A stretch of DNA of 64,000 nt from Pocillopora damicornis (Eukaryota). The stretch spans positions 682,001-746,000 of the forward strand of contig NW_020846475.1 in assembly GCF_003704095.1 (NCBI RefSeq), given 5' to 3'. The translations under genes and the position numbers were made by a program. Every line of letters starts with the position of its first letter. Positions within the stretch are counted from its first letter, which is position 1. This document shows positions 37,577 through 50,600 of the stretch, one piece after another. The notes below the pieces were generated by a model that ran no database searches, was not told the DNA's origin, and saw nothing but the letters and a program-made list of their open reading frames with translations.

Positions 37577-39832
37577 CACGGTTATATAAATTTAGCGGTG
37601 GTTGTTGAAGTAAACGAAACTCATGCCTATTAAAAATACATATGAATAAACTGGCAAGTTTTTTTTTACAGCTACGCGCAGTGGAAATTTGGTTCCACCA
37701 GCATGCAGGTGTAGTGAGTGACTGAATTGGTTTCCCAAATGACTTGAGTATCATTAACATCCTATTCGATCATAAACAATCTATTGGACTGAGTAATCCA
37801 GCAAAGCCTGATGTTTCCAAAAGAACAACAGGCGGCATGCTTTTAATTTTCCTTCATTTTTAAAGGCGTTAATGAGAGGATTTTATGGTGACAAGAGCTC
37901 CTTTGAGCGCATAAGCTCTTTAACCTTGCTCGTTGCGCCAGAAGAGGTCATATCCTTCTTGAAGAAATAAGAAAGCAGAATATAGAGAAAATTCAAAAGT
38001 ATAATAAATGAAAAATATTGTTACACGGGTTGATGATGTCGAGTGGAATCTTCCCTTTTTACCTTGGGCAAAAATTAGCTAAATTTCGAGGTTGTACTCC
38101 ATCAAAGCAAATTGAGGCTCGCTTGAAGCCAACTGAAAAAAAGGCTTTTAAGTCTCCTCTTAGAATTATTCATTAATGCAAGAAAACAATGTAAATTTCA
38201 ACTATTATTGTTTGGCTTAAACTGAGTTGATTTGCTTTATAAGTAAAGAGTCAAGGACGCTACAGGAAAAAAAAATCGTCGAGGGGAATTAACCATAAAA
38301 AATTTAAAAATTCAGACTGAAGAGAGTTTACTAGAATCACTTTTAACATAAAAATATTTCGCTTTGTGGGGCTTAATTGTTAATGGAGGATTAACACATG
38401 CATTCAGTATATGTTTCTCTTTAAAAAATTCATGATCGCTTCTTTGATTTGACAATCTCATTTACTCAGTCAAAAAAAAAATGGAATATTTAACTCATAG
38501 TCATAACAGAAACAACGCTTTAGGCCTCGAGCATTTTCCATGGTTTCGCCGACTACGAAATTCTATCCACTGAATTCACTTTCCTTTCGGGTTAGATAAC
38601 AGTTCTCTTTCGTGCAATCGTACCAAAATACTTGTGGTTCTCATGGTTTCCAAGAAATTACGTCGGGGAATGCTTTAAGTATATCGAGCAAAATCTTCCC
38701 AGCTCTCATTATTTCCGGTAACTTTTGTCAGTAACTGCTTTTTAAATCTATCATATTGTCCTCATTCTATTTTTACTTGAATATAATTAATAATTTAACA
38801 TCATAATGTAAGAATACCGTGAGAATTTTTCCCTACAATGACAAACAAGCCGGTAATGGTGTTACAGGTTAGGCTTTGTCTTTGTTCAACGACGGCAAGA
38901 TGTTTAAAGGTCAAACTTAGTCTATTCGGAAACAATAATAATAATGATACGTGCAAGTTAGTTTTACAGAGAGTATAGACCCCGAGCGCCATTAAAATGT
39001 TTCCCACGGTGGTATACCAAAGCCACGCCCCGACACGAGTTTTCGTTAATCGTCAATCATACAAAAGCGTGCCTCTACACAAGCCTACTGTGTCTTTTGG
39101 GAAAAAACACACGTGCGAAAATAGGACAAAATCATTCTGTGAAAACGATACAAAGAGCACTATAGCCCTAAATTGTTTATCTATGCAATGAAATGCGTGC
39201 AAATGACGGGGTAGGCCAATTTCCTTTTTTTCTCGCTGATAAACATATAAAACACTGCAATTTAGGGAAGGACAACTTCTCACAAAATTCTTATCCACTC
39301 ATCTCAATCGAGACCAGTATGTACCGCTTGGGAAATACCACTCTCGTTCCTCATCGCTCTCGGGTTTCACAATAGCTTAGCCTAAGCTAAATTTCAATGC
39401 ACAACACGGCCTGGAGTTAGGCTCAAATTAAAAACAGTGACAAGATATTTTCCGGTTAGTCTTCTATTACTATCTTGATGTAAACACCACACTCTGTCGA
39501 CAAATTACAAACTGTACTGTCTATATATTCAGTTTCATAAGGGTCAACGAGGAACGAGACAGATAGAAGATGTTTTTTTCTCTGCGGTTGATGTAAACAC
39601 AAAACACCCCTTTACCACCATATTTTTATTCTTTTTTATTCGTAAATAAATCGTTATTTCTTTTTAACAAATATGTATGTGAAAATCATAAATTATGGTT
39701 TTAATGAACATATCCTTGCAATAAATCGGTCAAGTCGTTTAACAGTGTAACGGACCGGTTACAGTAAAGTATACTGAGCAATTATAAAGGATAGCTGAAA
39801 ACGTTTCCCCTTAAACGATATTTGCATGTATT

Positions 39833-40855
39833 CTAATTCATTTTCGAACGAGGATTCCTGGTGTCTCTGAAACTGAGCCCTTGATTTCGAGTGGTTTTAG
39901 CCAGACTTTCATTGGTCTGACTAAATCCTGTAGCCTCTAGCAAGGGATCTCTGCAAAGGAAGCGAGGGCTAATTCTCGCTTTTAAACTCCTATCGAACGC
40001 ACAGTAAATAACGGGGTTTATCGCTTCGTTAATAAATGCACCAAACATTGCGATTTTGTGAAGAACGTGTCCCCGGTGAATACTATCCGTTCCCGACACA
40101 ATCCGAAACCAGCCTAGAACCAGTGTTGGAAGCCAGCATACCACGAATACTGCAGCAACTAAACAGGAAGTTCTCGTGACGCGCCTCTTGGTGCTGGAAA
40201 TAACCGAATATTGCGAAGCGGAGAAATTCTCTGCCATTACAGTAGGGCTTCTTCCCCAGATGGTAAGTATCACGCGAAAATAGCACCAACACAACACCAT
40301 AAATGGCAAGAGGAAAACGACAAGGAATGATAATGCTCCGTAAAGTTTATCTAACCAGCTAAATGGAATAGCTTTTGGCGTACAAATTGTCTTGGAACTG
40401 ATAACTTGAACCTCAAACATGTACAGATAAGGTGTCTCTACAACGGCAGGGACCACCCATGACAGCGCTATCATTTTTGTGACGAGTTTGCTTTTCATTC
40501 GGGGTGAATAAGGACGGGCCAGGCTGCGATATCGATCATAAGCAATCAAGGCGTGAGTAAAAACTGCGGTACAAGAAACAGCAATTTCAATGTACTCGAT
40601 GAGTTTACAAGGCGCTGTTCCAAAGATCCACTCATCTAGGAGCTCGCGGGTGAATTCAAAAGGCATCGTTAGAAGGCCAACGAGGAGATCTGAAAGCACT
40701 ATATTTAGAATAAACTGATACGTTGGACGATTTTTAAGAAGAGCTCTCCTGTTCTTCACGAGAACGTAAGCTACTAAAGCGTTACCTAGCACAGTCACGA
40801 CATATATGACAGCTAGGAAAGCAGCTTTAGAGATATCTGAAGCTGAAAACGCCAT
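39833..40855 (-). CDS. Intronless class A GPCR, copy B (340 aa), paralogue of A and C
   Basis: GN, LSD, DRY, CWLP, NPVIY; shares LKNRPTYQFILN..LSDL and WLDKLY blocks with its neighbours. Confidence 0.95.
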   Translation of the reverse strand: MAFSASDISKAAFLAVIYVVTVLGNALVAYVLVKNRRALLKNRPTYQFILNIVLSDLLVGLLTMPFEFTRELLDEWIFGTAPCKLIEYIEIAVSCTAVFTHALIAYDRYRSLARPYSPRMKSKLVTKMIALSWVVPAVVETPYLYMFEVQVISSKTICTPKAIPFSWLDKLYGALSFLVVFLLPFMVLCWCYFRVILTIWGRSPTVMAENFSASQYSVISSTKRRVTRTSCLVAAVFVVCWLPTLVLGWFRIVSGTDSIHRGHVLHKIAMFGAFINEAINPVIYCAFDRSLKARISPRFLCRDPLLEATGFSQTNESLAKTTRNQGLSFRDTRNPRSKMN

Positions 40856-43438
40856 TTTTATGCCCCTTCAGAACGACAACCTCAGTTTCTGTCTTGACCC
40901 TAACATTCAATTTGATAAACTTCGGCCAAAATGAATCTTCAGATGCACCTGCTTAGTGTAAACATGTCCGTTGAGTTTCCTTGTACTGTAATTTGTTTTT
41001 AAGGAACCTCTATTAGGCAGAAGAAAAGAAAAACCCCGTATATTCTGGAATGTAATTTTCCAATGTAGCATTTAATGTGGCCATTCATGTTACATGTGGA
41101 TAACAACTAAAGACCGCGTATGTCCTTCGGAAATGAAACTTAATCAACGTAGTCTGAAGTAATTAGTGTCGCTGATGGGAAACCGCGTTAATTTCTGACG
41201 GTTTTCATGTATTATTGTTTAACCAACGAGTAATTAAAATGATGGAAATTGCTTTTGGTTTATTTAAGGCTCAAAATCGTCACATCGCTCAGTTAATTTG
41301 ACTCAATTCGTTGACATTTTTTATAGATGAATTCTTACGGATTCTTTGTCGCAGCTAAAAATGAAAGTTGTAACGAAAACTGCCGTAGAATCCAGCCTGG
41401 TTTCATTCATAATGCGGTTCATCAGGCTACGGGAATAACTCTAAATTAGTAATAGTCTCAGGTTCATGTTTATGATTCCAAAAAATTATCGCTTTTCTGT
41501 TTTTACGTCATTATTGATAATAAGATGCAATGCGTTCATGTATTTTTCTAGAAAGGCACCCTACTGACGCTACCATAGAACTTAGCCTTCGCTGTTCTTG
41601 GTCTCAGTCAGAAGTAGGAGAATACAACAGAAACGAAAAAAGAAATAACCATACATACGACAAGAGAGAAAAAAAACCATAATAAAAAAAGATAAAGTAA
41701 TAAGTAAAAACAAGAAAGGTTATTTTTAAGAAAAGAGCAACAAAATCACTTCAAAAGCAAAGAAAAATTGTGTGCGATTTAAATTTTTATGTGTACAAGA
41801 TTAACTTGCAAGTGTGGAGCCGCCCTTAGGAAGTTAACTGAGAAATTTTTATTGGTGAAGGCGGTGGTAAAGGAAGTGATTTCATCACAGTGATATTTAC
41901 TCCCGTCAAACATTTAGGCCTTAAATAATTCTCATCGTCGGAACAGTGGCGGTTGTCTGCTTAAAGGTTAAGAGCTGTGTTAATGGAGTCCCGCTGTGCA
42001 TGTGCTCGTATTTCGTTTGCAAGCAGTGTTTTCATTGGCTCGATTAACTCCATTTTCTCGAGTGCGGTCTTCGAGGGAGGAGCGCGGGCTCGCTTTCCGA
42101 ACAGCTGCTGATAATCGCACTAATGTCTCCCGAGCCAATGTCTTCCGAGAAAAGATCTTCAAGCCTAGTTTATAGAGCCGTCCACTCTTTACAGATGGCA
42201 TTGAAGCTTTTTTGAAAGCAATTTGATCGATTGGCGCCCGGCCAAAAAGAGAACCTCTAATCAAACTGAGGAGATGGCGAGGGTAAAACTTGGGAACAAA
42301 GTTGAGAAAAATAGAATCAGATTGTTGTTGACTATAATGAGGTGGTAGAAAAAAACAACACCAGGAGAATTGAATAAAAATCATCAACGCTCTTGTTTGC
42401 TATTCAATATTCATCTTCTTTCAAACATATTGAAATTTCCCGAGGCAGAAACTTATGCTTCTGTCAAAAGTTATATTATCTACGTATTCAATACTTCACA
42501 ACTGTCTTGTTTTATAATTCAATATTCTTTTGGAAAAGAAATTTGAATTTATATAAATATTCATTATTCTTCTTTCACAGCCGGATATAACAAACTTACG
42601 AAATTCTGAAATTTATCGTGTGTTCCCACAGCCTCCACATGTAAAGTTAGAATTTACACTTTTTGGATCGAATTTCATCCTTTATATCTAATTCTTTAGG
42701 GTGAGAATCGAAAACCACAATGGGTAGAGGTCAGTTAGTTGGCAGATCCGACTTGCTTTGGAACAAATGCTTATGAAAATGGTTGATATTTTGTATGTGA
42801 GTGAAAGCTACCTGCTGGTTTTCATAACTTTACTCTTGGTTATTGCCTCCGTTCGTATAAACTCAGTGACAGTTGGAATTGGAAGCGGACGATTACATGT
42901 AATTACAATAAGCCCACAGAGAAACAAAAACCAGTAATGTTTAAAGAGAGAGTCTCATCTCATATCTGAAGATTTTTAGCTATGGATGAAGTTTTTCGAT
43001 ATAAGAAGTATAAGACCACTGCAGATTTTCCCAATAATTCTTTGCGAATGCGAATTTCGAATTTCGAAAGACTTTGACTTAGCTGTTGTCAAGAATATAA
43101 ATAGATATGTTGATTTTTTTAGTGTTTACTCCTTGTTGTAAAAGGACCCCCCAGCGCATTTTAGAAAATACTAAAAACTTCACCTGTGTGATCAGCAATC
43201 TACTTGTTTTACAGGTAAAACAATTATTCGATATATATCTTTTTGTATCCTGCTAATCTATGAAAATTTTCGGAAATATTTGCAAATTACGCGATACGCC
43301 TCCTTTGAAACTTTTTCAATTTAGTTTAGCAGGTGTTAGTTTGTATTGTTAAATTATCCACATACGTTTATTAAAAACGCCTTCCTGTTAAAATTATCGT
43401 AGTCAGGTTTCCAGGAGCGATGCCCTGCGAGTGTTAAT

Positions 43439-44569
43439 ATGGCGTACTCTGTCTCAGACATCTCCAAAGCATCCGCGTTGGGTGTAATATTTATCGTGAC
43501 TGTTTTGGGAAATGCTTTGGTCGCATATGTTCTCATCAAGAACTACACGCGTCTCCTCAAAAATCGTCCAACGTATCAATTTATCTTAAACATAGTTCTT
43601 TCCGATCTTGTAGTTGGCCTTCTAACGATTCCTTTCGAGTTTACTCGCGAACTTCTTGGCAATTGGGTATTTGAACGAGAATTGTGCAAGATAGTCGAGT
43701 ACATTGAAATTGCTGTCTCAGGGACTGCAGTTTATACTCACGCGCTAATCGCCTATGATCGATATCGCAGCTTGGCTAGACCTTATCTACCAAAGTTGGA
43801 TGGAAAACGCGTCAAGAAAATGATAGCAATGGCATGGCTTGTTCCCGCTGTTATGGCTGCCCCTTATTTGTACATGTTTGAAGTGCAAATGATTCCCTCA
43901 ATGGCCAAGACAATTTGCAGTCCAAGAGCTATTCCAATAAGTTGGTTGGATAAATTGTACGAGGCAGTTGAGTTCCTCGTTGTGCTTTTACTCCCGTTCA
44001 TAGTGTTGTGTAAGTGCTATTTTCAAGTGACACTAATCATGTGGGGAAGAAGTCCTATGGTGGCAACGGACAGTTTCCCCGCTACATCACGTTCGATTAT
44101 TCACAAGACTAAGAAGCGCGTTACGCGAACATCTGGGCTGGTTGCAGCAACTTTCACAGTGTGCTGGTTGCCAACTTTTGTTCTGAGCTTTGTTCGGATT
44201 GTGTCCGGCACAGAAAGTGTCCATAGAGGACACGTTCTTTACGAAATTTCCATGTTCGGTACATTTATCAACGAGGCGATAACCCCTGTTATTTACTGTG
44301 CTTTCGATAAGAGTTTGAGAGCGAGAATTGCCGCTCGAGCTATTTGCACGTATTTAACAGAATCGTCAAGATCAAGCGTTCATATTGATCAAACAATAAA
44401 CACAGTGACCCAAAATACTGCGGCCGATACGAACCGAAAGAGGGTGAAATTTAGAAATCTTGATTTTAACACTGAACTGAATCATGAGAGATGCTCAGAG
44501 GGTTTGAAGAATCTTAACGAAGAAACAAGATTGCAGTCCTGCTTAACACCGAACGAGAAAATTAACTAA
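43439..44569 (+). CDS. Intronless class A GPCR, copy C (376 aa), closest to copy B
   Basis: GN, LSD, DRY, CWLP, TPVIY (variant NPxxY); N-terminus MAYSVSDISKA nearly identical to MAFSASDISKA of copy B. Confidence 0.95.
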   Translation: MAYSVSDISKASALGVIFIVTVLGNALVAYVLIKNYTRLLKNRPTYQFILNIVLSDLVVGLLTIPFEFTRELLGNWVFERELCKIVEYIEIAVSGTAVYTHALIAYDRYRSLARPYLPKLDGKRVKKMIAMAWLVPAVMAAPYLYMFEVQMIPSMAKTICSPRAIPISWLDKLYEAVEFLVVLLLPFIVLCKCYFQVTLIMWGRSPMVATDSFPATSRSIIHKTKKRVTRTSGLVAATFTVCWLPTFVLSFVRIVSGTESVHRGHVLYEISMFGTFINEAITPVIYCAFDKSLRARIAARAICTYLTESSRSSVHIDQTINTVTQNTAADTNRKRVKFRNLDFNTELNHERCSEGLKNLNEETRLQSCLTPNEKIN

Positions 44570-47548
44570 ATGCATCAAAACGAAACTGTAATCTTCTCGG
44601 GTATTTAATGGGGTAACTTGTTTATCTTATGGCTCAGCAAAGAAAATGCTAAAAACGATTAAAAGTAGCAGAGATCTGTTTTATTTTCGTTCCTAGGTGT
44701 TTAAACAAAGTAAACATTAAATTTACCAACTTTGCCACCATCTTCAGAAACTGTGGATTTTGATCCCCTTATAAAATAGTTGTTATCAATCTACTCTTTT
44801 AAAAACGAATCCTCCAGAAAAGATACACTCTCGTAAGTCATTATCGTGTTTTCAGAATCTTAAAGTAGATATGAATGTTTTAAACATCTGATAATGGGCA
44901 ACTGAATGCAGACGATTATCGTAAAATTTACTAGATAGTAATTCTGAATTTAGCTAAGAATGAAGAGGAAAATTACACCCAAATGCTATCCATTTCGACT
45001 GGACATAGAGCAATGAAGAGCGAAAATGAATAGAAACTAAAAATGATTTGGCAACAGGAACTTTTAGTAACCGACCGAGAGTATATTATGGTCTTTGTTT
45101 TCTTTTAAAAATGTTAATAGCCATCAGTCCTCTTCGTAAATTTCAATATCCTCATTCAAATAAAATGATTCATCTCTTTTGATGATTTAGGATTTTTTTT
45201 TTGCAAGAGGTTTGGAATATGAGTGACTTAACTTCATTGAAGGACAAGTGAACCCAACGTAAACTTTGGCTTATGCAAATTATTAAGTGTTTTTCGTTTA
45301 CTTTGCAGGCTAACGTTGAGGAAATTACTGCTTAAGTTAATTGCTGGCTTAACCTAAGCACCTGCCTTCATGCGACAAAGATTAAAAACCTCTTTTTTTG
45401 TGTATGCCAATGGCAATGGATATAGTTCATTCATTCATCACCACAGGACAGTTTATGAAGAAATTTTTCGATTTGAGTTTGTGGGCGAATACAGCACTCT
45501 GTTTTGTATACGATGTTCACTGTACATAAAACACCACGCCGCTCTCGCACTCAACCTACCGGATGTATGCCATTCCTTTTCTATGAATGATTTTTTCTGC
45601 TCCCTTCCCTACGTGATAGAGTGAAAGTAATCTGCGAAGGGAAAAGCATTTTAATCTGACTTTGGCCGACCGGAGAGGGCGATTAATTCATACAGCGAAA
45701 TTGGTGAACTTCGCTCCTATCGGTCATTGTAGCAGTGTAGATCGTTCCGTGAGCTACCTGGGAGTAATTTATACTCCAGGAGTCCCCTCCTGTTTTAATT
45801 ATTTTTTCCTTTTTCAACTTTTACTTCTGCATAACCTCTGCTAAGGGTTCGCTTCAATCCCTTGGTTAAAAGGAAATGAAAAAGACTGCTTCACAAGGTT
45901 AAGTCTTAGTCGAATATAAAAGTAACATTATAAAAGTTAATTATCCCACTAATTCAGGGAACGATCTTGTTAGCGCGATTTTAATTTCCTTATAGCTGCA
46001 TTTCCGGAAATCATGCAGCTGTCAATCTAAGCTCGCTTCGAAGGAGGATTTTTTTTAAAGCCCAGACAAAATGAAACCAACAGTAAAAAAAAAAAAAGGA
46101 AAAATTGAAATTCAACCGGTTTATTGAAAAAACAATGAAAATTAGCAATAAAGACCACAAAAACAACGAAAATAATCAACAATGGCAGAAAAAAGACGCT
46201 ATTGAAAACTGAACTTAATCTCTTTTTTTTTTTTAAGCCATGGATATACGAAACTTAGGAACGAGCATTGTGGGGAATCAATATGTTAATTCCATGTTGT
46301 TAGCATCTGTTTTTCTCAAGCAGTCGACTTAATTTCGAAAATACCTATATAGGCTGCTATCAATTTCGATCAAAGCACATAATTATAAGAGTGAATTCGT
46401 ATAACCCGTTCGTTTTTATGCCTGTGAGTTCATCCCTAAGTGATATTCGGAAAAACAATTAATTGATTGTAACAAGCGTTCACAGTTTTGAACACTTGAA
46501 TCAATCGTGCGTGCCAAAACAGGACACGAGAACTCGGATGAGTTAAAATTCAAGTACACTTATTGGAATAATAAAAGTAATTGTTTTGGTAAAAGTTGAT
46601 TTCTGTACAGGAATTCCCTGGAAAATGATCGTTCCTATATTTTATATTTTTGATCCTTCCTAATTCTTGTTTTGGCTTTACCCCATATCAAATTCACGAT
46701 TAGGAAAGAGCTAAATTATTTTAAATTTTATCGCGATTAACACTTCTTTTCTTTCAATGTGATCATGCGTGTAAACAATTTCGACTTTTCATCATTCGCT
46801 CTGAATTTATAATTAGGAAATTTGTTCGAAGAGCACGTAGCTCGATAATTTTTGGAAAAGGACGGTACCTCGGATGCCTTTTCTTCTTCAACTTTTCTGT
46901 TTAGGCCATTGCAATTTTACAGCCTCTAAATACTATTTCCTCTGTAAATCTCCTTTTCAACGTAAGTAAGTTTTAACAATTTTTTTTCATAGTTAATCTT
47001 GTTTTTGCTTTGCCGGATCTTAAGTGGGAGTGTATAAAAATTTTACGTAGTAAATCAATGGTAAAAAGTCCATATTTCGATGGAAAAATATTAAAATGAT
47101 TCAGTTTCCATAATTTAGAGCGATCCATTGGTTAGGATCAATGGCAATGGACATATTTCAGCAAGAGTATTGGATGGTTAGAGAAATCCCAAATATTCTT
47201 TCAACAATATCCATTGCCCAGTTCTCAATCCCTCTTGTAGCAACAACGAGAAAGGAAAGGAAAATTTTCCTCCCTACAAGGGACAGTTCATATCATGCCA
47301 AAGAACCTGTTGAAACACTTTTAATCCCCAAATCATTCGAAGCAATACATGGCAGTCTGAGGCCGTTCTTAATATCTAGGCAGTTGGAAAAGCTGATTCT
47401 AGAACAAATATATACCTTTGAAATCGGCGCGCTCAATTCTCACGATATGAACAGACGGCTCTTATTCAACTAATTTATTCTTGTGTTTTTCGAGTTTACC
47501 ACTAAAAGCGTAGCTCCATCTTCCTGTACACAACCCACAATTCCTCTA

Positions 47549-47640
47549 TTTGCTCTGACGAAAGGGCTAACGTTCGAAATGTTTGCACTAGAAACTCTTT
47601 TCTGTGGCCAATTTATATTATCAACTCACTCGATGAAAAT
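47549..47640 (+). repeat. Degenerate repeat with a minimal hammerhead-like core (second family)
   Basis: GCT-CTGACGA-AA-GGGC(TAAC)GTTC-GAAA-TG-TT; overlapping fragments at 58930-58976 (GGTCTAACGCTCAAAACGTCAGCTTTAG) and 55791-55855 (TATCAGCTCATTCGATGAAAC) align with it. Confidence 0.55.
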
Positions 47641-50600
47641 TGTTGTTTTCTTAAAAAAATACATTTCGCTTAGCCAAACGAAACATTGGTTCAAAGACCT
47701 TTCAAAGAAGAGAAGTTTTTTTGGTTACTCTCAAGCTAAAATTTTGTATGTTCACAGCAAGGAAGTTATAGTTTTCATATCCGCAGACGCATATCAGTAA
47801 AAACATCATCTTCATGATGGCAATCTAATTCACGAGATCCTCAATTTTTGACAAAAGTCGAAAGAACGCTTCCTTTTTAAGGTGGCCATTAACCAACTGA
47901 TTTAAGTTCAAACTAAGAATTTGAAAAGTTGTTTTTTAGTGGAGGGAGAAAGACCAGATAAACATATCTCGACTATGACATCTGATTTATCCGTTATTGC
48001 TAGTTAATGAACTCCATGAAGGCCCTCGAACCAAATTAACACAATTTTCCTGTGCTGTTTATTTAAGAACTGCTGCTCTGTTATCTTAACACGCGGATAT
48101 AGCTAATTGTTTATTTGCCCACAGTTAAGCATCGTTATTCAAATTTAAAATACTCCTTTTACGATCCTTTTGACCCATCAAGTTGATGAAGTTAAAAACG
48201 CCTGCTCTGCTCGTTGGAAATATCACGTTTCAAAACCCTTCGCCATTTAAGTGGTTTGTCGCTAAGGAAGCAATATACGCTGTATTAATTAAGTTGATAA
48301 AATCAATACTAAGCAATGATAATTTAAACAGGTAACAAAAATTTGACGAAGGAAATCATTTCAGTTCAAATGGATTTCAAACGATAATAAACTTATGCAA
48401 TTTTTCCCAATTCATTGTAAGCCACACAATGTGAATAATAATTTTAGACATTACAAGTTTTTATGCTTTTACCATAACCGTTAACTCTATTGTAAGGAGA
48501 GCAGATGGGTTGAAGGTAGATACCGCAAGCTTATCATAATCGCAAAAAACCATGGTAACGCGCCTTTTTAAAGGGAAAGCGCTGAGTGCTTTTCCGTGCA
48601 AAGCTTAGATCTTGTATACGCTATCCACAAAGGCCGGAGCAAAGCAATTTCATTCATCCAGCCTCCAGAAAGCTGACCAGGGATTTAAATAGTTCTGTCA
48701 AGCGGTCCGATCCTTTCATTAGCAATTTCAATGTCGAGGGTAATCTGAGTTGCTCTCAAACAGTTTTGATGGATCATTAGTAAAGGTAAGAACATGGCAA
48801 GATTTCGCGCGCACGTTTTTGATGCAATACGTTCAAATTTAGATTCATTTGGTTATTTTAATTTGTTTATTGAATTTGGAGAAAAAATGTTGCCCTTGCC
48901 CTTGCCTTTAGTGTGATAGTTAAACGTGCTCATATAAGTCGGGGTACAATGACTGTTGCATTGTGATGTTTTTTAATGTTATATCTAGATGTCTCCTTTG
49001 AAATGTTTAACACAATTCAATAACTACCTTAACCATTACTTTACTTCCCAATCGCTAGTAAACAACTTACAGCAAGATCTAACCACATTTAAGTAATTCT
49101 CGCTGTTTAATATTGCGTGTAGCCGCATCTTAATGAATAAACATCAGTGCGCCCTCTTAAACTGTCTTCACGATTAAAAGTACCTTTCTGTAATCTATCT
49201 TTCTACCTTCACAAGTCATTCCTGCTACTCTTTACGAAGAATTTCAACGCAAGAAAATTTTCAGCAAACATGCAATTTAAAAGTTGATTGAAAACGCGCA
49301 CGGAAAAGTTAAAACAACTCAGCTAGGTAGATAGTTTGCATAATGAGAGGTAAGCCTGACCATCGTATATTCCTTATCAATGGAATAGGAATTTCAATTT
49401 TTCATAATCCCTCCAGTCAAGACAATAAGGGAAGTCATAAAATTGCATACGCACAAATGGCAAGTTTTGAACACCTGCAGCTTTGGGGATATTACAATTT
49501 AAATCATGCGGATTCCCATTGTGAATTCTTGTTAATTTTCATACGCACAATGGACATCTACACAAAAAACTAAACAAATAAAATACTTATTTTATGCTGA
49601 CCCTGTCCTGTTACGAATACGATTTGAGAGACGAAGAAAAATGCAATGCGAATATTTACAGGCTTCTCCTACTTGGCTTCACGAACTTCGTATGGAAATC
49701 GTATACCTCTTGCATAATATGACAAGGATATTAACAATTTCATGAGAAAAAAACATCGACAAAATAGTTAATATTTGTGGATGCGTGAAAAATTCTATTG
49801 AACGAAACACAAATTCTTTAAGAGGATTTTTAACAGCTGTTTTTAGAAAGAAAAATAACCGCAAGTAAGGAAAGTTTATCACATCGCGTGATTGTTAAAC
49901 TTACCCTCGTTTTTTCCCGGAGCGATATGCTAATTGTGTTTTGAAACAACGTTGAAATGTTTAATACAACGAACATAACAACCGCTCTAGTAAATTCGTG
50001 TTGACCACTTCCTCGTCCTGTTATCAGTTTTACTAATGCACTCCGTCCCCGGAAAGTCCGCTTAAACATCTTTGGGAGCTTGAGTTTATTTTCTTTTAAG
50101 AAACACAGACTAATATCAACTCATTCATTACTTTTTTGGAGAAACTATATCAGCAAGCCTGACAGAGACTGTCGGTACGAAAACAAAGACAAAAATGATC
50201 AAATCGGTTTTCTATCAAAAGGAATTTTTTGACGGTCGATTTCCACACCGCTTACCGACCCTCGTAGAATTTTCACCTGCACGCAAGAAATTATATTATC
50301 TGTCTGAGAGCATGTTAGTTACGTTAATTCCTTTCGAAAGCGCTATTTCCTTCTTAACGTTCCTAGTCCTTAAGTTCTTCCGATAAAGAAAAGCCTTTGT
50401 CCACGGTAAGTAAATACCATGTTTCGTTGTGCGCGAATATTTTTGGACGATTTAAAGCCGAAATATGATATCTTTCTACCAGTACGTCAAATTTCTTTAA
50501 TTTTTCTGCGTAGGCTATAATGGTCGTAATATCATATTTTCCAAACGTCGTGGAGACGAATTTGAGAAAGCGCCAAATTTTAAAAGCCCACTTTTTACTT

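Noticed and set aside
41980-42387. 135-aa minus-strand ORF between GPCRs B and C
   Set aside because: Non-ATG start, no recognisable domain or coding-like composition.
36542-44569. Opsin identity for the class A receptors
   Set aside because: Position 7.43 is Ile/Phe, not the retinal-binding Lys; the Lys in copy B is at 7.36.
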